Positions 16,057 to 29,072 of a stretch of 64,000 nucleotides of DNA are shown piece after piece. The first letter of the stretch is position 1. Every line of letters begins with the position of its first letter. Location: positions 620,001-684,000 of the forward strand of contig JAAOMT010000468.1 of NCBI GenBank assembly GCA_016748015.1, read 5' to 3'. The notes under the pieces were generated by a model that was not told the origin of the DNA, did not search any database, and worked only from the letters and a program-made list of their open reading frames with translations. The position numbers were made by a program, and so were the translations under genes. This stretch comes from Geosiphon pyriformis uo1. Lineage: Eukaryota > Fungi > Glomeromycota.

Positions 16057-17029
16057 TTAAGCTGTGAATTGTTAAATAACCTTAATAAGTAAGCATTAAA
16101 AAAAATTAAAAAAAGGGATATTAATTAAAGATTTACACTTACATTTGGGGGCTTCTTTTAAGGAGATAGCAGCCTCCTCGCCCATAGCACTAATGATAGT
16201 GACCAAAAGTTCTTTACCTTAAAAACAAAGAATAGATTAAAGTGTAAAAAAATATCTGTATATTTGATGAGTAAGATTCCTTCTTTTAAATTACCTTCAC
16301 CAAATTCCGATTCAAGCTTGTCGCCCAATTCACCTTCGGGAACACGAACATCGTCTTTAGTAGTCCCATCACTGGTCATCAAACTCAAGAATCCGTCATC
16401 AATATTCAAAAGTGAATATTCAGTACCTAAAAAATTTATTAGTATTAATCCTTAATCCTTAAAAAAAACCACATCAGAATAAACTATTCTTACGCGAGAC
16501 ATTAGGGACATCCATATTATGAGTAGACGGGGAGATATCTGTAAAATAAAAATTTTTAGATTATAAAAAAGCATGGAAATCCTAGAAAAAAGTTTTGGAC
16601 CAATATTGAAATTGATCATGTGTGAGTCGAGCATATTTTCACCTTCGAGTTTCTTCCCAGTGAATATATCAATTCCGACAAGATGAACTTTCTAAAGTAA
16701 TACAAGTTATTAAAAAGGAAAATTAATATCAATAATTTTGTATATTTAGGTTTAAATTGCGTTAATGAAACCTAAGGAGATCTACCGCGTGCCCGTGTTT
16801 ACCAGTTTTACTGGTGCTCATTTCTACTATCTTGCACGGTCTACCCTTAAGAAGCACGTAGCCATTCTAATGACATGGTCATGATTAAAAAAAATTTCAA
16901 AGTAAAACATTATTAATGTGGGTCTTTGTGGAAAAAAAATACCTTTCTAAGAGCAGAGCACTGAACAGGGTAGGTGGCTGAGGCCCCGGACCCACCTTGC
17001 TCGAAATCGTTGTGTTGATCATCCTCCAT
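16057..17029 (-). CDS. TIF51: Translation factor eIF5A, multi-exon (final exon assignment tentative)
   Basis: [13 protein letters not shown], hypusination loop [34 protein letters not shown]. Confidence 0.96.
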
Positions 17030-17112
17030 AATTCGTGAAAAAAAAAGTATTTTACAGGTAAAAGTAAAGGATGAAATAAAAACGTCAAGAGTAGGGAAGA
17101 TGGGACGATTTG

Positions 17113-18840
17113 GGGGCCGATGAAAAGATTTGCATAATAATGCCTATCAATAAAAAAAAAATACTAATCAGTTGCTTAGTAATGCTTATCAGGTTCAAAA
17201 TCACAAGATAAATAACCCACCTTTTTCTCTTCCCTCTTTCCTGAACTAACTTTTCAAAATGCTGAAACCACTACCACTGCCACCTCTGCTACCAAGAAAG
17301 GTTAACTCTATACCCATATCTTTAGGACAAAGCAAAAAGAGGATCTTGAGCGACAAACAACTTCTCGCCCGATCTCTGACGAGCACAAACTCTTCCAGGA
17401 TGTTCTCGCCGCATGCAGGGAAGGAGAGCTGCTCGCTACTGAAGAGAACGCAGGAATAAAAGTACGCAAAGTAAAGGCAACAGCAGCCCGTGGCAAACCC
17501 CAGAAGACGGAAGGCATTCTCAACCGCACGTTACTAGCTAAGACGTATACCAACCACCTTCAAAAGCAGCTATTGAAGCGATGGATGGGGTTGGCGAGAT
17601 TTGCCATTAACACCGTGGTGGGATGGAGCAGAAGACGTCGCATCATTATGAAATAAGAGTATCACAGAAAATGGATGGATGAAACCTAGGACTTTTGAAC
17701 AAAAACATCTTTTTGATGATTCGGCTATTTAGGTGAAAGAAAATTTTGCAGAGCCATTGTCCCTCTTGGCATGCTCTTAAAAGGATGCTCCTGCCAACAT
17801 CATAGATGAAGCGATTGATCAAGCATTAAATCTAATGCACAGCGACAACAAGGTGCATCATCATCTTTCTTTTCAATCTCGTAAGACACTGCATCACACC
17901 ATAACAATTCGTGCTCAGAATTTTGCCGAGTCACCTTGGAGTCGCTTCTATGTATCTTAAATTTACACTTCAGCAATATACATCGACAAAAGGTAAAGAT
18001 AATAAATTTTTAAATTGTTTTATATCATTATTTATGTCGTCTTTATGTCATTTTTTATTCTTTATCTTATTCTTTATTTTTAAGGATAAACATATACTAT
18101 CGCCTCTCCGCTTCGTAAAAATAACAAGTGGCCCAATCCACACAAGATCACATGTGATGGAAAACTTATTCTTGACAAACCAACAAGTGAAAGTTTACCT
18201 GGGTCTACGAGATACAAATACAAGTCCGCGAAACCCAAGTGGATGATTCGATTCGTGCAGTCCCCATAGATCTTGGCAATTGCACTCCATTTACATGTTA
18301 TTCCTCAACAAAAGGTATAGGCAAAATAGGCTCTTGTGGCATCTGTCGTATTGCAAATTTATAAATGGGCTTTGCTCAAAGAAAGCTAAAGCCAGAAAAT
18401 TAGAAAGGCGATTGGGTGCATGTGTCAAAAGATTTTACACTTGCAGACAGAAATACACAGAAAGGCAGTCGCATTTTCCACTCACAAATTTGATGCTATT
18501 GTTAATCGAAAAAGAAAACAGTTGGAAAAAGATCCCATGCTGCGGGCACTATCAATTTCGTCAACGTCTGATCGCCAAGGCAGAATTGGGAATCCGAATT
18601 ATTATCCAAAATGAGGTCTATAACTCTAAAACTCGTAGCTGGTGTGGAAATATCCAAAGAATCGGAGGATCTGAGGTGTACAGCCCCCGGAATTGTAAGC
18701 TTGTTATGGATAGAGATGAAAATGGCGCTTGGAGGATCTTTCTCCGGGCATTGCTTGATGGAGCCTTGGTGTTACAGTGATGTGAGAAATAATACCAATA
18801 CTTCGTATTGCCTATCATTGATTTGTTACAATCCATCCGG
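17113..18840 (+). mobile_element. Non-autonomous IS607-like Fanzor2/TnpB element (relic)
   Basis: Carries a TnpB-like pseudogene; left end has 21-bp-phased direct repeats after a GGGGG run; right end has the same motif and terminates in CCGG; no TnpA serine recombinase seen. Boundaries inferred. Confidence 0.7.
17259..18780 (+). pseudogene. Fanzor2 / IS607-type TnpB RNA-guided nuclease, frameshifted
   Basis: HTH_OrfB-like KTYTNHLQKQLLKRWMGLARFAINTVV, LKDAPANIIDEAIDQAL, RuvC-I AVPIDLG, LQTEIHRKAVAF, HYQFRQRLIAKAE, NEVYNSKTRSWCG, IGGSEVY, MDRDENGAWRIFLRAL; several frameshifts/stops. Confidence 0.88.
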
Positions 18841-18868
18841 CTTGTAAACTATTTACGATAGCGTGAAT
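18781..18868 (+). ncRNA. Candidate omegaRNA 3' scaffold plus flanking guide segment
   Basis: Position immediately after the Fanzor stop codon; hairpins CAATAC-TTC-GTATTG, TTACAA..TTGTAA, ATTTACG-ATAG-CGTGAAT; no expression evidence. Confidence 0.35.
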
Positions 18869-19048
18869 TGCAGCATTCATAATCTTATTTAATCAAAAAT
18901 AAAACCAAAAATTCAACAATCTATCGTATGATGGCTGCGGACGAAGATATTTCCAAGTTATAATTTAAATAATAATTTTGCAAATTTTTTATTGAATCGA
19001 GATTACGTTGGGTTTATTAACTTTTTATAAACATTTCAATGATCAATT

Positions 19049-19584
19049 TCAGTTTATAAATTGGCTCTTAGCTTTTTTTCACCTTTTTCTCGTTAGTTTC
19101 CGGGGACTGAATGCCAACAATTTGTTCAATAGTACCCTTTTTAATAAAATAAAAAAACAAAGTATAATAATTAAGATCTTTTTATCATTTTCCCCATTTT
19201 CATTGATAAAAAAATCTTTAAATCTTTACCGTTACAGCTTCAACTACAGAATACATCAAATTAGTAGCATTTTCGATTATAAGGGTACAATCATTATTGG
19301 CTTCAGGAGGATCTTTTTCATCTATTGAGCTATTGTCACTATCCGGTGGTCTAACTGTTTAATTGAACAGATATGACTTCAACTTAATTTATTACGCAAC
19401 TATCAGTCAGATTAACTATTTAAGTATCACCTCATTACTCACCACCAGTAGGATTCGATCCGATTCCCGCTAAAGCTGTTGAACCTTTAGTTGTAATCCA
19501 AGCTTTATTATCTTCGTTATTTTTTAATCGCAAATCATCCTGCTGTGCTTCAGTAATGAGATCTGTAACACTTTTCGAAGACAT
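19049..19584 (-). CDS. Small three-exon hypothetical protein (~117 aa)
   Basis: ATG 19584, GTGAGT and GTAAAG donors, AG acceptors, open spliced frame MSSKSVTDLITEAQQ...VRPPDSD...GTIEQIVG...KSQFIN*. Confidence 0.6.
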
Positions 19585-22500
19585 TTTAAAGTAAAAAGAT
19601 TTTTAATTTGAATTTGATCAAAGGGTTGGAAGCCTTTTTAATTCGATTACTTGTTTCAAATTTCACCTAATATGAAATTTTATTTGGGAATTCTCCTTTT
19701 TATATTCTCCCTTTCTCTTTCTGATCATGCTGGAATCCAAAATTGAATTAACTAAATAAACACTTTTGACCTACATATCATGACGTTATGGTGATGAATG
19801 AGACTCAAATCTAACCTAGATTGATGTCAATTTGTCAATTATTCAATATGATATTGATCAAAAAATTTCATTATGATATCAGCCAAATAAAATAGGAATC
19901 GGGTAGTCACTGTAAAAGTTTCATTCTAGGTTATGTCTATTTCAGGTTTTTTATTAAAAGCTACTCATTATCCTGCTACAATCTCTAATAGTGCCAGGAT
20001 TTAGAACCTATGCCTTTATACATTCAATAATATTATTCTCAAAAAAATATTGAAATACATATAATATTATTTTTACATATTATCTGAAATTTTTATAATA
20101 AATATTATATTCTTAAGTTAATTTTTCATATTATTTCTATTTGAAAAAAATTATTATTCAAAAAAGTATTTTCATATTTTAAATTTTAGCTTGTTTAAAT
20201 ATATAATAAATAATTAAATAATTATTTTTATTAAAAATATATTTTTAAATAGTTTAATTAAAATAATATGTATATTTGTAAATAAATTTTATTGAAAAAT
20301 ATAAATCCATTTTTAAAATATATTTTATTTAATTATTGAATTTATAAAATTAATAAAAACATTATAATTTTAAAATGAATTTTAAAAGCTAAAAATTATA
20401 TATATATATAACTTGTATTAATATAATTATTTTATATATATTAATGCTATTTTAATTAATTAACATATTAATTAGATAATTAATTATATTAAAATTCTTA
20501 GCAATTATTTTTTAAATTTTATAAATAGTTTTAACAAAATAAATCAATAAAAAAGTGAGAATTAACAATAATAAATAATAATAATAATAAGTTTTATATT
20601 TGTTTTTTTAATAAATCTATACTATTCAAGTTTTTAAAATAAATATTAATTAAAAAATTGTAAAAAATTTTTTTTAGGTATTTTTATGATCATAATTAGA
20701 GCAAAAATAAAAAAATTGTAAATTCTTTATTTTTTAAAACAACTAATAGTACTTTTATTAATAATATATTTACAACTATAACAATACTATAAAAAATATT
20801 CTTTTTAAATAAAATAGTAATTAACCAGTCTTTTTTTAATTTAAAAACTTTTTTTATTTTTGATTAAAAGTTTTTTTTAAAGTTCTATTAAAAAAAACTT
20901 ATTAAAAGTAGTTTTAATATAATTTTTGTCTTTTTTAAAAGCTTTAAAGTATTTAATTAAAAACCAATAATTAAGTTGTTTTTTTTTTTGTTTTTTTTTT
21001 ACTGTTGTTTAAATAACCAAAAAAACCAAAACAACCAAAAAACAATCTTTTTAAATTTTTATTATATTTAATAACAACTTTTTTAAAGTATTAAAAATTA
21101 TTTTTTTTGGTATTTTTTAAAAAAAATCAATTTTTTTAATAATTTTAAATATGCTTGTTTTTTTAGTTTTTAATAAAATTAAATTTAATAAAAGTATTAA
21201 TAATTAATTAAAATTTACCAACTTTTAAATAAGCTGCTTTAAAAAAAAATACTAATATTTTTAAAAAAATTGTTAATATAAAATTAAGATTTAAATACTA
21301 ATATCTTTTTTATTGTTATATTAAGCTTTATTTATATAATTTATTATTGTTTTTTTATAAAGTTTTTTAATTAATCTAAAATTTATTATTATATTTAAAT
21401 TTAATATAATACTTTTATAATAATTATAAATTATTAAATACAAATAAAATTAAATAATAACATTATTTTTATTTTGTTTATTTATATTATTACAAGTAAT
21501 TTTTAAATATTTTTTATTTTTATTTAATTTTTTTATTCAATTAAATATTATGTTTAATATATTATTAAGTTTTTTTTTAATTTGATTTTATTAAGAACAT
21601 AATTAATTTGTTTACATATTATTTTATTTTAAATACCAAATAAATATATTTTAAATGAAAATAATTAATTTTACTTATTAATTAAAATATAAAAAATATT
21701 TTTTTATTTTTTTAAAATTATTTAATATTTTTTTAAATTTTTAATTTAGATAATAATTAAACTTTGCTTATAAATTAAATAAATTATTTAAAACTTGTAT
21801 TAATAATAATATACAATATTTAAATAAGTTTCGATTTTTTTATACCAAAATAATAATACTGAAAATTTATTATTATTATATTATCAATAATTATAAAACT
21901 TGATTAATTTTTTAGTTTAAAATTTTAATATTGTTAATAATAATAAGTTTAAAACTTTTTTATAATATTATTAAATAATAAAAATATTATATACAAATAT
22001 TATTAAAACAACTAAAAAATAAAAAACAAGAAAATTGAATAATTTTATTAATAAATACAAATATTAAATAATTATTTTAAGTAAAAAAAACTTTTTTTTT
22101 ATGTTTAAAATTTTTTAAAATACCAATTTAATATAAAAATTTTTCATTTTTCATTTTTTTTGGTTATTTTTTTTTCACTATTTTATAAAACACAAATCCT
22201 TTTATTATTACTTTAACAGCCACTATTAGTAACATAATATTTAAAAAAAAATCAGTTAAAAATATTGTTTTGAATTTAATAAGTAAAAATTTGATACAAA
22301 AACCCAAAATTTCAATTAACAAAATAAAATACTTAAATAATAAAGCAGATTTAAAGTTTAAATTACCTTTGTATAATATTAGTCAGCTTGAAAATATGAA
22401 TATTTTTTTGAATAATGTGATAAAAAACTTAGTTGTACATAATATTAGCTATAATATTAAGAATAAAAGTAATAAATCTTTAGATTTTTATACTAATACT

Positions 22501-23086
22501 CTAAAAACAAAAAAGTTCAAATCTGAAAAAGTGGTAGATTCTTTTTTTGGCTTTTGTAATTTTAGCTTTATTGATAATAATAATAATATCTTTAATGTAT
22601 TATTATTTTTGTTAATTAATTTTACTTTATATTTAAGTGTTCAAATCAAAGAAAAAAGAAGTTTTAACTTAGTTAAGTTATTTATACTAAATATTAATTT
22701 CTTAATTATATTTAACAAAATTTTTAATAATAAGCTTAAGTTTATAAAAAAAATTTTCTATAATGTTAATAATTTTAGAGAAGTGTTAATTTTTTTAAAA
22801 TTTTCAAAATATTATTAAAATATAATTTATGTTTGAATCTAGTTTTAAAACTACTAAGTAGTTAATTATAAAAAAAAATTTTTTAATTAATATTAATCTA
22901 AAAAAATTAACATTTAATTGGATTAAAAAATTATAGTTAAAAAAATTTCAGTAGATTTTTTCAAATTAGCAATTAAATTAATACTGTTTAAATTTGACAA
23001 TATTATTTTTATTAAAATACAGCTTATTAATTTTTGGCAGAAAGTTTTAATTAAATTTGAAAGTTTTAAAGTTGTTAACTTGATTA

Positions 23087-23367
23087 CTGATTTGGCTTCA
23101 AGGTTCTCTGCAGAGGTGGTTAGGTTACTTGACATCACTAATGCTTTAGGTGTTCATTTTGGTTTTCGCAAGTCTTGCATGTTCTTTTCAGGTATAGATG
23201 AATCGGTATTAGTTCATATAGCTGCGTAGTGTTGTTCTGATCGGCCTGAGTGGCTGGTCACGTGTAGAAAGTGCATGATTCACGCCTAGTTTAGATCAAT
23301 TCCTTGATGTATAGTACTAGGTAGTGTTTGGACCTCATTCGTTAAGCAATAAAAAAAAAAAAAAAAA
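23087..23367 (+). mobile_element. 5'-truncated LINE 3' end with poly(A) tail and 10-bp TSD
   Basis: TSD AACTTGATTA at 23077-23086 and 23368-23377; encodes LASRFSAEVVRLLDITNALGVHFGFRKSCMFFSGIDESVLVHIAA*; AATAAA/poly(A). Confidence 0.85.
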
Positions 23368-26300
23368 AACTTGATTATAGTTAAATAGTTAATTTTGTTA
23401 AGAAAAAATTTGATGTAAATTATCAAAGCTAATATTAATAAACATATATAGGATTTAAAAAACTACTATTATATTTTTTTATATATTTTACTAATAGACA
23501 CAACTATTCATAATTTTTTTAATTTAGTCTAATCTTATAATAGAAAAATATGTTTAATTTTTTGTAACTCTGTCTTTTACATATAAATATACTGTACTGT
23601 TATATGTTTTGTTATGGTTAAAAATATTATTATTTATTCAATTTTTGTCTTTAAAAATATTAATTTGGTTTAAACTGGTTTATTTTTTTCTAAATATGTC
23701 AAATATAAGAAATCTGGTTATGTTTTAGCGATTTATAATAATAATTCTCAACTATTTGGTTAAAATTCAATTTTTTTTAAAGTCAGATAAAAAGTATTTT
23801 GTTTTTATTTATACTAAAAAGCAGACTTTTATGTTTTATTAATAGAATAACATGAGTTTTTATAATAAGTGATAATTTAAAACATCTTTTTTTTAAATTA
23901 TCTTTTTGGTAAATATATTAATTAACAATTCCAAAGAAATTTTTATTAATTTGACTTTGGCTTCTTAATTAAATACTTTTAAGTACTTTTTGAAACTTTT
24001 ATTTGATTATATTATTAAAATATCTTACAAACTAAATGGTTTTTTTCTTTGCTATTATTAAATTGTATTGTAAAAACATCTGTTTTGGATGTTAATCTAG
24101 TATTAAATATGGCTATTAATAAGCTATTGTCTATTTTTTCTGTTTTATGTATTAATTTTGGTATCTTTCAAAACATATTTTTTAGTGAATCCAAAGTTTT
24201 AACTGCCAAAATTAGTGGTTTAAAAACTAATATAATGGTTTTAAAAAGTTTAATTACATCTATTATAGATAAATTAAAGTTTTTTAGTTTGAATAATAGC
24301 ATAGTATTCTTTTTTTTTCTAATAAATAGCTTAATTTATATATAATATTAAAAGAATAAATGTTTTTGTCAAACAAAATAATATTATTAAATAATATAAT
24401 AAGTTAAAAAATAATATTTTAATTGTTATTAAAACTAAGCGTTATTTTAGTATTAAATCTTAAATTGTAAATAAGTTTTTAGATATAAAAGTATTTATTT
24501 TTGGTTTGAATTTTGAGTATTTAAATGTTGATATTATTTTAATTGTAAATAAATATTTAGCCAAACATATTTCAAAAATTTTTAAAATTTTTAATAGGCT
24601 TTTGATATTCTATTTATTGTTTAAAACAAATAATCAGTTTTTGTGTTAAGATTATATACAAACATATTTTAGAAAAATGGTTAAACCAAACAGTTATTAT
24701 TAATTTTCTTATAATTTATATATATAATAAGAGTATTTTTGTTATTTTAGAAGATAATTTCAATAAAAATAGTATTAAATATAGTATTAAATTTAAAAAA
24801 TATATGGATTTAAGTTTAGTTAATTCTTTAATTAGTAGTTTATTTGTTAAATTTTCTACATAAAAAATTTAAAAAAAGTTAAAAAAACAATTAATTATAT
24901 TTTTATATTACTAAATTTGGTTAAAGTTTTTACTGACAGAAAAATTTCGAATATAAGTGATTTTTTTAACCCTAATTATCTTGCAGTTTCTGTTTTGATT
25001 AAATTAAATAATATTTTAAATGTATATTTAAGTATTTTTTACAAACAAATTAATAAAAACTAATAAAAATACAACTTTAAAAAAACTAATACATTTAAAT
25101 AGACTTTTTTTACAAATATTACATTGGCAAATATTACTGTATTTAGTAAATAATTTGAATATGTAAAAAAAAATTTAGATTTAGATATTATATAAAATAT
25201 TATTAAAAAAATTGTTAGTTTTTTGGCCAATAAACTCTTTTTTAAATTTTAGAACAAAAATTTTAATAGTATTTTCACTAAGATTTTATTTTGCTTTTAT
25301 AAATTAAATATTTAAGATTGTTTAAACTTTCTATTTAAGTATTAACAGTGAGTTAAATAACTTAATTATTTGTTGGTTGTTACTTAATAATTTATGAACA
25401 TATAATATTTAAGATTTTTTAGTATTAAGTATCAATCTTAATATAATCAAATATAAATTAACTAAAGTTAAAAAAATATATTGTGTGCTCAAATTAGTTA
25501 AATTTTAATAAGCTAAAGTTATAAAAATTTGTATTATTATTGATAAGAGAATAAAAAGTTTTAAAATTAATAAAAACCACACTATTAGGAATGTTTTAAA
25601 GCAATTTTTTTATAAAGTAGTTTTAAATTATTTAATAAATAGTAAAAATTTGGTGCTAAAGTCTAAAAAAATTAAGTTTTAAATGAATTCAATCATAGAG
25701 AAATAAATAAAAAAACACAAGATATTAAAAAATGTTTTAAGTATTTGGTATTAATAATATTTGTTTTTGGCTTATATAACTAATAATACTTTTTTTAAAG
25801 TTATAAATAAGATTAATCTTGATAAAATATTGGATATTGTTTTAGAGTTACTGAATAAAAAAGCTTTTGGTTTGTCTAAGATATCTAATAAACTTTAAAA
25901 ACATTGTAATTTTTCAGTTTTGGGTTTTTTACTGAATTTTTTTAATAGTTGTTTAACAAATAAGTTAGTTTTTTAGTCTTAAAAAGAAGTTTAAAAGTTA
26001 ATAATTCTTAAACTATATAAATAAAAAGATTCTAATTAATACAAAACTTATTGTATTAATTAAGACTACTTAAAAAATTTTTTTTAAAATCTTATCAAAC
26101 AAAATTTTTTTAATTTGCAATAAACATAATATTTTTTTTATAGAAACAACTTTTCAGTTTTAAAAAAAATAACTATGTAATCTTTAATTTTTGCTATTAG
26201 TTTAATAATAAAAAATATTCTTAAAAAAAATTATAAACTTTAATTGGTATTATAAAATATATATAAAACATATAATTTAGTAAACTAGATGTATTTAAAG

Positions 26301-28079
26301 AACAGTTTAATTTGTATTAAATATATAATAAATTTGTTAAGTTTTTTGGTAGTATTTACAATAGTTAAGTTAATCAAGTTATAACTGACTTTGACTTAAC
26401 AGATAGTTATTATGTACATAATAAATTGGATTATAATAAAGTGTTTTTTCTTTTTTTTAATATATTTTTTATGACTTTTTTCTGTGTAAAATTAAAAAAC
26501 AGAAAAATATGTACAAATATAAGATTAATTTTAAATTTGTGACTAAAGTAAGATATGTAAAGAATCAAGTTAATTTAACATCTTTTTTGGCTACTAATGT
26601 ATTTGTTGATAATACTATTTGAATTGGCAATAATTAAATTACAACTCACTATATTTTAAATATTAAAAATAAGTTTTTTCAAGTTAATAATATTTTAATT
26701 AATAATAATAAAACAATAATCATTCTGATTAATTATAAAATTACAAGTTTTTTTTGTTAATTAGTAGTTTGCTAATTTCAGTAACAAAAAAAAATTTATT
26801 AAAGCTTAGTTTGGTAAAAATTTATTTAAACATTAAATTTTTTGTTGACAAAGTTTTAAAAAAAACTATTTTTAATAAACAGTTTTTGTATTTAGTCTTA
26901 GCAATACTTCATTTTATTATTAGTTATAAAATTTAGTTTAATTTTATTTCTATTGGTATGTATAATAAATAAAACATCATAATTTGTAAGAGTTTAAATT
27001 TTGTTTATTTTTAAACTTTCTAAACAATATAATTTATTATTTTTTCTTATATGGCCTAAAAACTTTTAAGTAAGTACAAGCTAAAAACAAATTAATTTTT
27101 GTGTTAAGTTTTTTAAATATATGTAATATTCTGGATTATTTGTTTATTTATGGATTTTTTAATTTACAAGTTTTAAACTAATCTTTTTACTATCTTTTAT
27201 GCTATTTGGTCTGTTTCAAAGTTAGTTCTTTAAACAACTTTCTGGCTTGTGGTTTAAATTTTTTATAATTATAATTTATCTTTGGTTAATTTTTTATGTT
27301 TAGTTTTTTGCTTTTAAAATAAAACTCTAATGTTATTAGTTTTAAATAAATTTGTTTTTTTTAAGATGTTTTATTTACTTAAATAATTTGGTATTATTTT
27401 TGTTAAACAGTTGCATGATAAAAAAAGTGGTGTTTTTACTTAAAAAATTTTTAAATATTAAAAAAAACTAGATTTCTATGGTCTTGTTTCTGATTGGTTT
27501 AAATCTGCTATTAAGTTTTTGAATGGTTTGACTTTTTATTTTGTTATTTTATTTTTTGCTATTAGTTTTTAGTTTTTAAATATTTTTGGTTTGTATAAAT
27601 TTGATTTGATTTGTAACCAGCTATTAAATACTAATATAATCTGTTTTTTTGTTTATATTAATAGTTTTCTAAATAATTTAAGTATTATTAATATAAAAAT
27701 TAGTATTATAGTTTTTTTTAAGAATATAAATTTAAGTTTAGATGTTAAGATTTTAGGATTAGTTTTCTTTATTATGACTAAATTATAAACTATTGTACTT
27801 ATCTTGAAATGTGTTCTTTTTTTATATATAATAGATTTGTTTTTTGACAGCCAAGTAATACTGAATATATATTATTCAAAATTGGTTTTAGTTTCTCCAA
27901 ATTTTTATAATTATTGTTAAATTAAGCATCAATATATTGTAAATATTATTAGGAATAAAAATTTAAGCATTAATTAATATAAGATTAAAGACTATTTAAG
28001 TATTCTGGATAATAAAAAAGCTAATATTTTGATTAGTACTACTTTGTTTTTAAATGTAGTATTTTCAGTTTATATATAA

Positions 28080-29072
28080 TATTATTAGAAATGTTTTTTT
28101 TCTTGATATTATTAATGTTATTTTGTTGCTAATTATATTATTAATAAAAGTTAGTAAATTTTTAATAAACCAATTTTTTTTTTAAAGTATCTTTTTATAT
28201 TTTGAATTGTATTATATTGTTGAACTTATAATAAAATGGCCAATTTTGTGCCAATTACTTATATAGTTATTTTGTAGTAAAAATTAATTTTTTTACAAGA
28301 AAATTTTGTCAGTAAGTTTTTTAAAAATATGTGTAGTTATTTTGCTATAAAAATCAACTTTTCTATAAAAAATTATAATTGTAAACTATTCTATGATATA
28401 AAAAAAAATAAACCAAAAAAAAAAAAAAAACATGTTTTTAAGAGAGTTGTTTTAGATTTAAGTCTGAAAATTACTAATAATTACTAAAATTAGTAGCTAA
28501 TTAATTTTAATTATTAGTATAAAATAGTTAATTTCAAACAAAAATAAATAAAAATTTTTATGTTTTTTAAAGTGAGTTTTATTGAAATTAATTTGTAAAA
28601 GAATAATTTTAACTAAGCTATTGAATAAAAAGTACTAATTTAAATTAATATAAGACTAAAAAATATATTTTCTCAAAAAAAGAAGCTTTTTTTTATACAA
28701 TTTATTATAGTACTATTTTATAATCTATTATTTTTTTTTTAATTTTTTAATAAACTAAAAATACATTTTATTAAACTACAAATTATTTGTATAAATTATA
28801 GATTATTTTATTGAACTGTTAACTATTTTAGTAAATTATTAAATATTTTAGTGAATTTTTAATATTATATAGTTTAATGTATTACATAATTTTATTATTA
28901 CAATTTGATTATATTTGTGATTTATATAAATTAGGTTATTAATTAAATAATAATTCAAATAATTTAATAAAATAATAAGTAATAAATTAAAATAATAATA
29001 TATACTAATTAAGAATAAAAATTAAAAGACTAATTTTATGCCAAATAATATTTCAAATTTTGGCTAATAACA
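28080..29072 (-). mobile_element. Eroded solo LTR nested in the LINE relic
   Basis: Homologous to LTR 62830-63809 (e.g. ATGGCCAATT.TGTGCCA and AGAAGCTTTT blocks); eroded termini TATTATTAG...CTAATAACA. Confidence 0.7.
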
